Shown in pieces: positions 11,821-23,524 of a stretch of DNA of 64,000 bases. A model generated the notes under the pieces. The model was not told the origin of the DNA. It ran no database searches and saw only the letters and a program-made list of their open reading frames with translations. The stretch lies in assembly GCF_031769215.1 (NCBI RefSeq), contig NW_026782299.1:1798001-1862000 (forward strand). Direction: 5' to 3'. Made by a program: the position numbers and the translations under genes. Positions within the stretch are counted from its first letter, which is position 1. Every line of letters starts with the position of its first letter. This DNA comes from Ylistrum balloti. Its lineage: Eukaryota.

Positions 11821-14800
11821 ATGGGTAAAATTGGGGACATAACTATACAGACGGATGGCGGTAAGGAAGTTTATCGCTCTGGGGAGGAGGTGAAGGGAGT
11901 ATGGCGCGTGCATGTAATTGAGCGCGTTACAGTAAATGACGTCGCTGTCAGTTTGAATGGAGAAACATACGTCAAGTGGACAGAAAGCAGCGTCGAGGCG
12001 AGGGCACCCGACTTAAAATTTATCTCCCGAGAAAAGTACACAAACCAGAAGAAAGCAGTAGGTAAGAATGTTCAAGTATTCATTTGTTAGCATGACGATT
12101 CTGACTTTTATAGGCCTGTCCACACCGTTAGCTGAATTGATAAGTCAAGAAAATGGACACGTGGACATCATCAAATTGCAGGGATAACTTAAATAAGGTT
12201 CTGTAATACAGGAATTATTAAGTTCCTGTGCGATAACACAGTATTTAGTGAGCGATGTACTCGAAATTTTGTAAAAAATTCTAATTCACAAAAATACACA
12301 CTGAGGGCAAAAATCAAGATCAAATGTCAAGGTTTTTGGGTTCAAAGGTCAAGGAATATTACATCTTTTCTCCTATGAACTTTTCATTGACATTGTGAAG
12401 CAAAGTTGATATGAATTAAACAAGTCATCTAACAGACTTAAGGTCAGAGATGAGGACCAGGCGTAGGACCAAAGGTCAAGGTCTAATGTAGGAACTTTTT
12501 TTTCGCTGATGAACATTTTCTTTTGACGTAGTGAAACAACATAGTGAATAATAGTTTGTCAGAATTAAACAAAAATCAAATGACCAAATGTCAAGGTTAC
12601 AGCGTCAAAGAGATCAATGTCAAAGGTCAAGATAAATTTTTGAAGATTTTCATAAAGGAAAGTTTTGTTATGACATTATAAAGCTTCAACTGACCAAAGA
12701 TCAACGTCAACAGGTTTGGTATTTGGATTCAAAGTCATCTGGTCAAAGATGAAACTTTATGTGTTTCTGTCCACTGTGTGATTATCTGACCATTTGTTTG
12801 AAATATGATAAATTGAGCTCTAGGAAATCAACATGTTTCAATGTAAATTCTTAATCATTATAAATATTAATGAATAATTCTCCGAGTGAAAACATATAGT
12901 TTTAGACAGTTTAATTGATATTTTCATATGACAATTTCAATAATAATTACCATGGCATGGATCATAGGGCAACATTTACTCAGTTTGTCAATTTTCTACT
13001 TTTTAACATTTCATTCATAGTTATTCAATATCAATTTAGAACAACAATAGTACTTGGTATGCTGCAAAATCGCAGCTTACAAATGAGTACTGTAAAAGTA
13101 TCCAGGCACTTTTATGATGGAGAATTATACAAATATGTGATACTGGTAATGACATTTCTGTTAGTCCGGCAAATAAGGGGAGGTCAAAAAAAGGAGAGGA
13201 AAACTAGACGAAATAAGTTATCGCATGATGTGCGGTTTTATTGCACAGATGTGCAATTCTATCGTGGTTGATATAAATTTAGAAATTACTTATAGATAAA
13301 TGTAGGATAGAGTTCATCTATATTCAATATTCAATATTTTAGCCAACCATATTTCCTAAACAGCACAAAATGTGCGATCCTACTACACAGTCGTGTGTTA
13401 GATGCCGTATAGTGTGTGTGATGATGTGTGAGGGTGTGAGGGTGTGTGTGTGTACGATGTGCACACTGTGCGTGCATGACATGTGTTTGATGTGTTGTGC
13501 GTTACCAGAACCGTTCTAATTGTGTAACACAAATGTTAGATTTATTCATTATCATGATAATGGCGCTCACTTCCTTTTGATATGTAGTCATTAAACCAAG
13601 CTTTCAAATCTGATGGAACTTAAATTGCAGTGTTTCAAAAAACAACTTTGGAAGCAGGAGTACATGAGTATCCATTCAGCTTTCGAATGCCAACTGATAA
13701 AATGCCATCCTCCTTTGAGGGAAAGCGAGGCTGTACACGTTACTGGCTGTACCTGAAGATTACGCGACCATTGCCATGGCGAGATGTTGTCAGTGATAAG
13801 TGCGTAACCTTTATTGACGATGTGGATATAAATCTACAATATTATGCTGTAAGTAATATTAGTGACATATTCACTGTTATTTCAGACTTGAGTCAATCTT
13901 ACAAGTGACTGAGAATTTGTCGAGATGAATAGGAATATCAGCACGTGAAAAATATACTTAGACTTGTTATTCAAAAGGTGTAATCGAAGTTGGATAGTCC
14001 ATTACTGTAACAAATATGTCAGAGAAGTTTTATTCTGGAACAGTCTTTTAGCCATACATCCTGTCTTTTATGATTTTAATGTTTTTTGAAAGAGGACCTG
14101 TCTATCAATTCACTGACGTGTGTGTGTTTTTGAATTCACTACCCCGATTCTGTCTTTGAGCACTTGACATCGATTAACATCAGATATCTTCTATACTATG
14201 TTCTCTTTTTTATCACATAGTTTCTGTGTTTCAGTGAATATATACTGTGATGATGTAATATTTATGCATATAACTTACCTGTAATATTACCTATTGTGAT
14301 ACTATGTTTTAAAATGATGTCACAGATTGCATCGTGACATACGTAACAAAGAAGACCAGATTTTTTTTGCCAAAATAAGAAAAATGTTGAAGTGGAAGTG
14401 TCCGTTTCCCACGATATTTGTCTAAATATTCGATCAGATGACCATTAAATCTTCTTTAAAATTTATTTTAAATTTTTTTTTACTTTGCCTTAAAAAAATT
14501 AGACTCAGATTTTAAATTTAAACTCCTGGACGATATCTGATGTATGACTATAATTTGCCCTGTAGTTCCAAACAAAATCACATAATTATTCATAGAAATG
14601 TGTTCACGTACACAATTAGGTATATATAATAAAAACTTATAAAGATAATTGTCTTTTAGAAACCACTTACCAAGAAAAAATCAACACATTTGTCAAAGAT
14701 ACTCGGATTTGGTGATGCTGGGGAAGTAACTTTGACAGCGAATGTACACAGAACTGGCTTTTGTGCTGGGGAGGCTATACCCGTAACAGGTTGGTATTTA

Positions 14801-17800
14801 ACGGAAAAGTCAATGGTACTAAATGACTAGTGCTTTAAAGCTATGATAAATAATTGTTTTATTTTGTCCTTCAACAAATGTTATTTCTACTTCCGATTGG
14901 TTGTGGCTCCTTTATATATATAAAATACGAAAATTGCCGTACTTGTGTTTATGGCAATATGTAGTGAACCTCTTTTTTTTTTTTTCTAAAAAGATAAATC
15001 ATTTTGTATCCTTGTATGCTTTTATTGTGTTGCGATAAAATTAATCTTACCTAAAATGTTTTTGTTTTTGCATCTTCACCGATGTTTTTTTTTCTGTGTA
15101 AAGTGGATGCTGTAAACGCTTCCTCGAAAGATTTGGGAAAGCTGAAGGTCTCCTTGGTGCAGAGAGTATCATATAAAGCAAATGGTGATACAGAAACAGA
15201 GGACACCGTGATCTACACCAAAACTGGGTCAGATCCAATCAAACAGGTAAATTGAGCAGAATGTGATATATCAATTGATATATATATATATACACGAAGA
15301 GGGCAAAGAAACACAATTTGAACTTTAAGGTTTAATAAAATGATATTTTAAAGCAATATGCCTTAATGTGAAATGCAATAGTTAACTTCTGTGTTCAGAT
15401 TTCCGGAAAACCAAAGTGACAGCAGGACACTCTGTTCGATATAACGCAAATCGAAGTGCATGGACCTTCAATGCTATGGGAAAACGTGTTGGTACATGTG
15501 CTGTCAACCATTGCGTGTAACGTGCCAAAATTGAGGTGTCAGAGACAACCAATGTGCTGGTGACGTGGGCGTAAATTTGCCTCTCGCAGTCTATTTCTCA
15601 TAGTGTTTGGGTGCATTTTGACGGATTCCTTTTAGGCAATCCAAATGATCCGATCTTGACGTGAGTTGAGATGTAAAACTAATAGACTTGGAATAAATTT
15701 GGGAACTGGAAAGTGAGTAGCGGCCTGCTGCTGAGTGCTACGTCTCATGAACATTGCAAGAGCCCGTCGTCTGTCAAGTTGGGACAGCCGTGACATCTTT
15801 ATAAAAAAAACAATTATTGATTGCAAATGTATTGGCAATAGCGCATTGGTGACGGTCAGAAATTGACACTAGTTTGAATGATAATAAGACTACTTCCATC
15901 TTATTTACTTTCATTATCAAATAAAGACAGCTGTGATATATAAAGAGGTTACACAAGGAGTGTTTGTGGCATTTCTTTCACTCGAGTCAGTTTTTTTCAA
16001 AAGTTACTAAACACACGAGCTTCAGCAAATCTGTTTTTAGTTTTGGAAAATAAATTACTCGACTAAACGAAATACCGAATAACAAATTTGTATGGCCTGT
16101 TTTTGCTAAAATAAAAAAAATATTCTGAAGTTGAATTAACCTGTCCGACTAATTTTCCATGAGTATGTGAAGTGCCCTTTCAGTCAAAGTTAATCAAATC
16201 ATTCTACATGTTATACCAAATATGGTATGATATTTATGTTTTTACAATAATTTTGATGATTCATTGACGCATTGAAAGTAGAATAACACCCACCTGTTGT
16301 AGTAGATATTTCAATATTTCATTATACTCACCTCAAATTTTGAGTCGGGGTTATGAGTTATGGTCCGTAGGCTTGTATAATATATATATTAATGTTATAT
16401 ATAACAAATACTATAGCTCTGCGGTAGTTTTCCTCATCCCTCTAATATATGTAACATTACATATTTTTGTTGTTTCCACTGTTAAAGCCAATTATATCTA
16501 TTTTTTATATTACTTTCTTAGGTAAAGATTGACAGATACCACCAATTCATCATTACAGTCAACTGAAACCTATAGAAAATATATTTAAAATATAGGCATG
16601 TTAAAATGAACCACGAAAAATGTTTCAGAATACGATCAGAAATTAAGATATTCTTTCTGTGATTAACAGAGACATACAAGGAGCTGGAAGGACGAGCTGG
16701 TACATATAGATGCCGTTCCTCCATCTACACGGACAAGAGCCTCTTTCTGTCTAAATGTCTCGTACTTTATCAAGGTCTGTGTGTTGATAGGATTGATTAA
16801 TAAAATTGTCAAGGTTACATTTAAACGATATGTTGTGTCCAAATCAGTATCAACGATATCAAGGTCATTTTAAGTCATGGTCAACATCTGCAGGTAAAGA
16901 CAAAGGTATAATCAATTATGTCGAATTTACCTGAGTAGTAATTACTCTTGATTTTCTCAAGATGACATTACATTCGGTTATTTTTATTTCCTAATAAGTT
17001 AAATTTTGTATATACCATAAGTATTATTTGTGCATAGTCTTTCAAACTCCTAAATTTTCATTTGGTCTCTGTCGATAATATGATAGGGAAATTCAGAGAT
17101 ACTGTCACATAGTTAGTCAGTCACTGGATGATTGGGTATTCCTCTGATAGTGTATGTTTTCTGTTAAAATGTTTTGCCAATCAATATCTTCAAATTTCAA
17201 GTGCTTGACACGGAATAATTAATGGATAAATTTGAATATTTATATTTTCAGGTATACATTGACATTTCCTTCCTGAGTGGTGGTGATCTGGTACTCTGGC
17301 TACCCATCACCATTGGTACTGTACCACAGGGCTACAAAAAAGCAACACCAGCAGGGAGAGCTACTACATCAAACATTCCTGGTGAGTGATATATTTCCAT
17401 TGAAACTGTCTTGTATAGTACATGTAGTTGATCTTTTCGTTTCCTGGTTTCTCATTTTGACTTCGTTTATTGAAGTAGTTGACCTTCCTACAACCTATAA
17501 TTTTCTCTTTTATGATGAATGACCTTTTCTTTGACCTTTTATTTTGACTCTGCCTGTTGATGTTATTGACTGGTGGTTAACCTTTCTCTTGGTGTATCCT
17601 TTGGTGATCCTTGACCTTTCTTTGAAGTAGCAGACCTTGCTTTGGCCTTGCATTTGTTTGGTGGGTGACCTTTTCATTGATTTTTCTTAGCCCATAGGGC
17701 CATCAGATGCTGGGATATTCAAACAACTCTTGATACATCCATTAATCCATCCATCCTTAAACGGTTTTTGTTATCACTATGTTTAGAGAAATACTGGATT

Positions 17801-19075
17801 GATTGTGGTCTCTAGTTGTGCATAACTGATCAGAAAAAAACCCTTTCTTGGATTTTAAGGGTTATGGTTTATCACTTTTGCGTAAGATGTTTTGGATGGA
17901 TTGTTCTCAAATTTCAAAACCTGGTTGTCCGTGGTCCCTAGTTGTGCATAAAAGATCAGGAAAAAAAACCTGACAGATGACCGTCTTGGATTTTAACGGT
18001 TATGGTTTATCACTTTTTCGTAAAATGTGTTTGATGGATTTGTTTCAAACCCTGGTTGTCCGTGGTCCCTAGTTGTACACTACTGATTATGTGGTTTGTC
18101 AGAAAAACTCTAGTCAACAAGTGGGGATATTGAATTTTGATATTTATAGTGTTATTCCTTTTACTGGAAAAGTGCTGAATTGAGCAGTCTCAAATTTTAT
18201 ATGTAGGTTATTCTTATTTGTGCTCTTTTGATTTTAGAACTAATAAGAAAAAACAACATGGATGACAGACTGCCATCTTAGATCTGGCAGTTAAAGATTA
18301 TCATTGTCTTTTTAGTTTACCATACATGGATCATTCAATGGTGGGTACCAATATCCTGCTTGGATTTATTGTGACCTTCGTTTTGACCTTTTATTTTAAA
18401 GTTGTTGATTTTGCTTTGATCTTATTTGTTGCAGTGATTGACCTTTCTAATGCACTGACCCACACCAGGTGTAACAGAGGCTGGGAGAAGTTCAATAGGT
18501 CAACTGACAATGCAATACCAGAATATGTTTCTTATACACCAATGTGTGTCTTTGTACCAAACTACACATACAAACCCCCACCGAAAAAAGCAACCAATAA
18601 GATGAGTGCAGCCGTACAGGTTCGCAGTCCACCTATCTCTGGAACAACAAAAACAGCAAATGCTGCTGCAATATCAAACAATCCAACTCAAGTTCAACCA
18701 TCAGCTTCCACTTCCGGTCCAATAAAATCTACTACCTCTGCTACAAAACCAACAAACAGTCCCATTCCAGTGCAAACATCAGTTACCATTTCTGGTTCGA
18801 CAAAATCTACTGCCTGTGTTGCTAAACCTACAAACAGCCGAACTGTATCGCAAACATCGATTTTGACTCCTGGTCAAGAAAGGAATACAACATCTGCTAC
18901 TCAAGATTCGAGTACGTCAAATGGAGGTCAGAGTCGGCCAGAGCCATCTGCTCCACCTGCTCCTTACGATGAAGCTGAAGGTTACAACATACATGATGAT
19001 GAGGTACTTCTCCCTAGCTATGAAGAACTGTTTGGTCAAGGGGCAGCTGAGGGTAATATTGTGAGTACTGGCTAA
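11821..19075 (+). CDS. ARRDC: Alpha-arrestin (arrestin domain-containing protein); 535 aa if it stops at 19075
   Basis: Exons 11821-12061, 13631-13848, 14660-14789, 15104-15246, 16670-16774, 17252-17381, 18435-19075 (or -19060); all GT-AG with matching phases 1,0,1,0,0,1. Arrestin-N motifs (VY..GE.V.G, GETYVKW, LEAGVHEYPFSF..P..MPSSFEG..G..RY) and arrestin-C motifs (GFCAGEAIPV, LPITIGTVP), then an S/T/P-rich tail with PPAPY and LPSY (PY-type) motifs. The specific paralogue cannot be assigned. Confidence 0.92.
15480..15796 (-). pseudogene. Degenerate Tc1/mariner transposase N-terminal (HTH) fragment in arrestin intron 4
   Basis: MSRLSQLDRRRALAM...AATHFPV...QDRII, then after a stop/frameshift MRNRLREANLRPR...QWLTAH. 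Matches the Tc1 paired-like HTH region; interrupted by stops. Confidence 0.75.
17687..18100. mobile_element. Probable HINE-like repeat with an internal ~85-bp duplication, in arrestin intron 6
   Basis: TTAGCCCATAGGGCC start and (CCAT)n microsatellite; block GGTTATGGTTTATCACTTTT..CCTGGTTGTCCGTGGTCCCTAGTTGT occurs twice (~17860 and ~17998). Confidence 0.4.
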
Positions 19076-19237
19076 TGCATTTTCTTGTTTCTTGTTTTAA
19101 TGATTTGGTAAAAATTGGCAAAATCACATTTGATTTTTTTGATATTGTTATGGGTACTGTGTAAGAGGTAAATTTTGTTGGATCGGAGAACTACACTATA
19201 GCATAACGTATGATGCAGACATGAATCTATGTTTCAG

Positions 19238-22022
19238 GAGGTAGAAGAGACTGCCACAGGCAAGGTGTTTATGTTGATCAGGTTTCAATCTTCTCGGCGC
19301 CAGGAGTTTGTCAATTCAATGAAAAATTACAGTTCTGGGCTTGAAAAGTTCCAAGGGTATCTGTCTGCATTACAGCACAAGGCAAGTAACATTAAAGTGT
19401 CTACATGTTATCCTTTTGTTTTTGAAATGCCGAGACCATATCTATTTACATACATCATCGTGCTACGTCCACCAAGCGTTGTTATGTTTTTAGGTTTGCC
19501 CAAAATCCAATGTGGCCATCATCTTGAAAAATAGATATTAAACAACGTCTGTTCAACTTAGTAATTTGCGGGAATGTTCAGTCAACAAAGTCCAATATCG
19601 CCGCCATGACTGTCATCTTAACACATTTTGAAATTTTGAAACGTCTTTTTGATTTCACTAGCGGCATTGAGCTGAAATTTGTGAGAATGTCATAAAATTA
19701 AAATGAGGAGTGATTTAGCCTTTACTTCTTCATGCTATTTGAGTATTTGAGTGAAGATCTTCAAGTTAAACGAGTTGTGTTTAGATAAATGCAAATTCAG
19801 TTTCATTGTTGGCATTGTGAGTAAAATTTAAAACTTGCCATAAGACTTATGCTGTATATTCAGAAATGTCATGTTCTACTTAAGATCACGACCGTGACCA
19901 GAGGTACATGGAACAAGGCCAGTCTTCTGGCCATCCTCACATTTGAGTGTGCAGACATGGCTCGAGATTGGCTCAAAACTACTCCGGAAATATGTATGGA
20001 GAAGTGGCTGGGAGGTTGCGACATTCTGTTAGTTGAATCATCAGAACCGTTTCAGCAAGGTAAATAATGCATTGTGTCTAACCAATAATAACATCATACA
20101 GTGGTCTATATTCACTCCGTCATATCAAATACCGTCTTGTTAAAAAACTGACCCATCTAATAAGATTATTAGATATCTATACAAACTATATAGAAGAAGG
20201 AATGCCATGTTATCAAATTCTGAATATCTGATTTCTATCACCACTTGTTATGTTACTGAGAACTTAATATGTTAAATGTTGTTTTATGTTCTGCCCAGAT
20301 CACCAAGTTCTTTCTATGTCCAACATTGGCATAACTGTAGAGGACACAAACGAAAACTTGGCACGATATCGGTACCTGCTTAACGAATACCTGAAACCAT
20401 CAAGGTAAAATTATTTTGTTTGTGAAATCAACATAAAACAAGTAAAAACGAAAACAAGACGACCAACCAGATCTTGACCAAGTGTTGTTGAAAGTAAAAG
20501 ACGAACTCAATTATCCTGATAAATATTACTAAAGGTCCTCAACCTATTCAGATATTCCAATTTAAAATTCATAATAACTTTTTAAAGTTTAAATTCATTA
20601 ATCACATATTTATCACATAATTCAATACATTGGGGGCCAAGATAGCTGAGTCAGTAGTATATTCTTTAATTCGTAATTTCAGGGTGCGGATTGGCGGGGT
20701 ATCAGTTGCCTCCTCTAAGGTAAACCATTGCCTGCGTGGAAAGTGGGAAATGGATATTGAGAAAACTATCGTAATTCTGTCTTGGCCGACCATGGATGTC
20801 CTTAGAAAGTATAGGGGCAGTGTGGATCCTGGTAAGTATTCACTTATCCCTATGATAAAACACAGGCTCAAAATGCCATGTTCTCATGTAGAAGTAAAAA
20901 ACAAGACAAAATCTTTTAAAAATCAGCTCTAATCTTGAACACATATATGAGATAAAGGTGCAGTCAATAGTCCAAAATATCAATGACACACATACTCTCA
21001 TTCGTCGTGAGATTTGGGATGATTTAGATTTGAAATATATGCAGAAAAAAAAATCAGATTGGCAATACCAGGTATTAGCCTGCATGTCCATCTTTATAAA
21101 TTCGTGGTATCTATATTTTTTTAAATACTGTAGACTAGAGGGATCTTCCTCATATTTCATGAGAACGTTCTTTTGTTCCATGGTGGCGACAGCTCAAATT
21201 TGATACTGATCAGAAAAAAAAAAATGGCTGACATGTGGCCATCTTGTATTTTACAACGAAAGTTTTTGTTGCTATTTGTTGAGACATTTTGGATGAATCG
21301 GTTTCAAATTTCTTATGTTTATATGGTAACAATTAGTGCCTGCTCAACTCTGAGACTGACAAGAAAAATAAAAATGGCTGAAGGTCGGATGGTCCTCGTT
21401 GATTATGACAATTAGAGTTTAACAACACTATTTTTTAAGAACTATAGTATAAATCTTTTGTGAATTCATATGAAAATTCGAGTTGGTGCCCTTTAAAATC
21501 TGTTTAATTTGTATTTACGTAAACCTGTATCTACATACTTTTCTGTGTACTTTTACCTCCATAGTAAGCAAAATTAATTTTGGGGCAATCAACTTTTGTT
21601 TTCAACATGTTTTCTATCATTTGCAGTTTTTCACTAGCTTATATTGATATGTATTTCCTAATAATACTACAAAGGTATGATGTTCCTGTAGTGTTTCTGT
21701 CATGATCAATAAGAAGAAAAACCCTTATTTTCCAGAAAGACAAATGTGTATGTACATGTAAAACCAAACACTTCTGGTTCAAACAGAGAGATTTTTTCAT
21801 GTAATAACTCTGATAATTTTAATTTTTTTAATTTTTAATTTTATGAAATAGAATGGTAATCAATTATTTTTACACATTAACTTTGTAGAAATCTACCAGG
21901 AAAGTTTAGAGCTGAGAAACAAGGTATTTGAAATTGTGTTGACTGCAGTTGTACAACTTGGTCCGCTACCCAGTCTAGCCAACAGTGAGGAGGAAGATGG
22001 TGGGGAGGTTCAAGCTTCATAA
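19238..22022 (+). CDS. Tandem DUF1330-like (dimeric alpha+beta barrel) coding exons; probably exons 8-12 of the arrestin gene
   Basis: Exons 19238-19381, 19885-20059, 20299-20404, 20683-20831, 21889-22022 (TAA); phases 0,1,2,1; the first intron is GC-AG. Domain 2 (RYRYLL..YLKPSRVRIGGVSVASSKVNHCLRGKWE..KTIVILSWPTMDVLRKY..S.D.EIYQESLELR) fits the recalled DUF1330 pattern GG..A....LEG.W....V..FPS.E.A......EYQ....R. Domain 1 (RGTWNKASLLAILTFECADMARDW) is a more diverged copy. An in-frame ATG at 19229 would allow a separate gene. Confidence 0.75.
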
Positions 22023-22915
22023 ACCGTATCTAAATTCGGCTATAATGTGTATTCACATAAATCTAAAACAATCTCTCTCAATCCAAAGCATTTTTTCTCA
22101 ACCAAAACATTCTACAAGATATTAAGATAAGCCTTATCTTTGATTTATGGTTTAAGTGTATATTGCATTATATGGTATGTAAATCGCTTTTCTATATAAA
22201 TGATATTTGCTTTTGATGGCTAAAAGTATGTGACAAATTACCTGGGTATATCTAAATTTCATGAAAAGTTGTTCAACAAAACATGACTCTACGATATTAC
22301 ATGAAAGGCAGTTAAATATTTTAGTTCTGTTTTAGAAATATCTAGATGCCACATTCATAAGGAAAAAAGTTGTTGATAGACTAAAGGTATTATGATAACA
22401 AATCATGAAGAAAATCACATGAAGGATTGGAATTTCTGTTAGAAACAGTTCTCATCCTCTCCAACAGAAATTAATTATGTTTGTACTTAAACTGTGACAA
22501 AGTACCTTGTAGGGTTTGTGGGATTACTAGGGGCGTTTAGTGAAAAATATTGAATGGAATTGAAGAAAAACGCCAATTGATAATGGCTGGGAAGGATTCT
22601 GTTTGTAAGTATTAAAAGTTTTTGCCGATTACTTGGTATTGTTTATTTGAAACATATAAAGTTTTGCTCTTATAGAATTTATTGTTTTTAATTGTTATGG
22701 TTTTTATTGTTGTTAAAATCGTGCCATGGTTTTTTCTGTATGACAATATTATTCATCTGCAGCAATACCTTCCACTAAGTGTAGAAGAGATGGTGCTGCA
22801 ATATCAACAAAGACCATTTGCTACCTCCTTAGTAAGGATATATTTTCCCTAGTAGGTTTTACGTTATCAGCGGTCACTGTAAAGTCATTAATTTTCAAGA
22901 GTGTTTTTTTGGGAG

Positions 22916-23524
22916 GTCGAAACTCGTTATCTCGAAATTCGATGAAAATTTGTCTACTTGTCCGAATTTCGACTCAAATAAAGTGTCCATATAAGGTTGA
23001 TGATATCAGTTTCCTGGCGTTGAAAGTAGGGCTACGAAAGCACTGTACATCGTGTTACAAGCAGCGTAATTGAACCTGTTTAAAGTGACAGTAAATAAAC
23101 ACAAAAAATAGATTTCTACTTTCTCCTTTCACTGTTAACTCATCCAAATAACAAAACATGTAATAACAAAACCAGTTAACTACATTTATACTCATTTTAT
23201 TCCGGGTACACTATCGTACTCCTCTTTCTTACAAAGCACATATAGATCATATATTTTACAAAATGACAATAAAATAAAACTAAAATTTGCTTTTGAAACG
23301 ATGTATGAAGCTACAGGTCATATTAAGATGACTTTGCTGTGAATGAATGAAAATGAAAAAGGCAACATTTAACAAATCACGAACAGATATATGGACTCTA
23401 TAATGAAAAAATATTCTCAGCACTGTATTGTCCGAGCACTAAATCTAGCAAAGTACCCGATCACAGTCCTTAAGTAAACAAATGGAATTCAGACACAAGC
23501 GATTTCGAGATAACGAGTTTCAAC
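22916..23524. mobile_element. MITE, Tc1/pogo-like non-autonomous DNA transposon
   Basis: Terminal inverted repeats GTCGAAACTCGTTATCTCGAAAT (22916-22938) and ATTTCGAGATAACGAGTTTCAAC (23502-23524): 23 bp with 1 mismatch. The ~560-bp interior has no ORF. Confidence 0.75.

Noticed and set aside
17277-17522. ORF-track protein MVVIWYSG...
   Set aside because: Wrong frame; the spliced arrestin exon 6 uses another frame (VYIDISFLSGGDLVLWLPITIGTVP).
18326-18434. Hydrophobic N-terminus (TM-like) of the 249-aa ORF
   Set aside because: This is the T-rich intron end upstream of the acceptor at 18434, not coding sequence.
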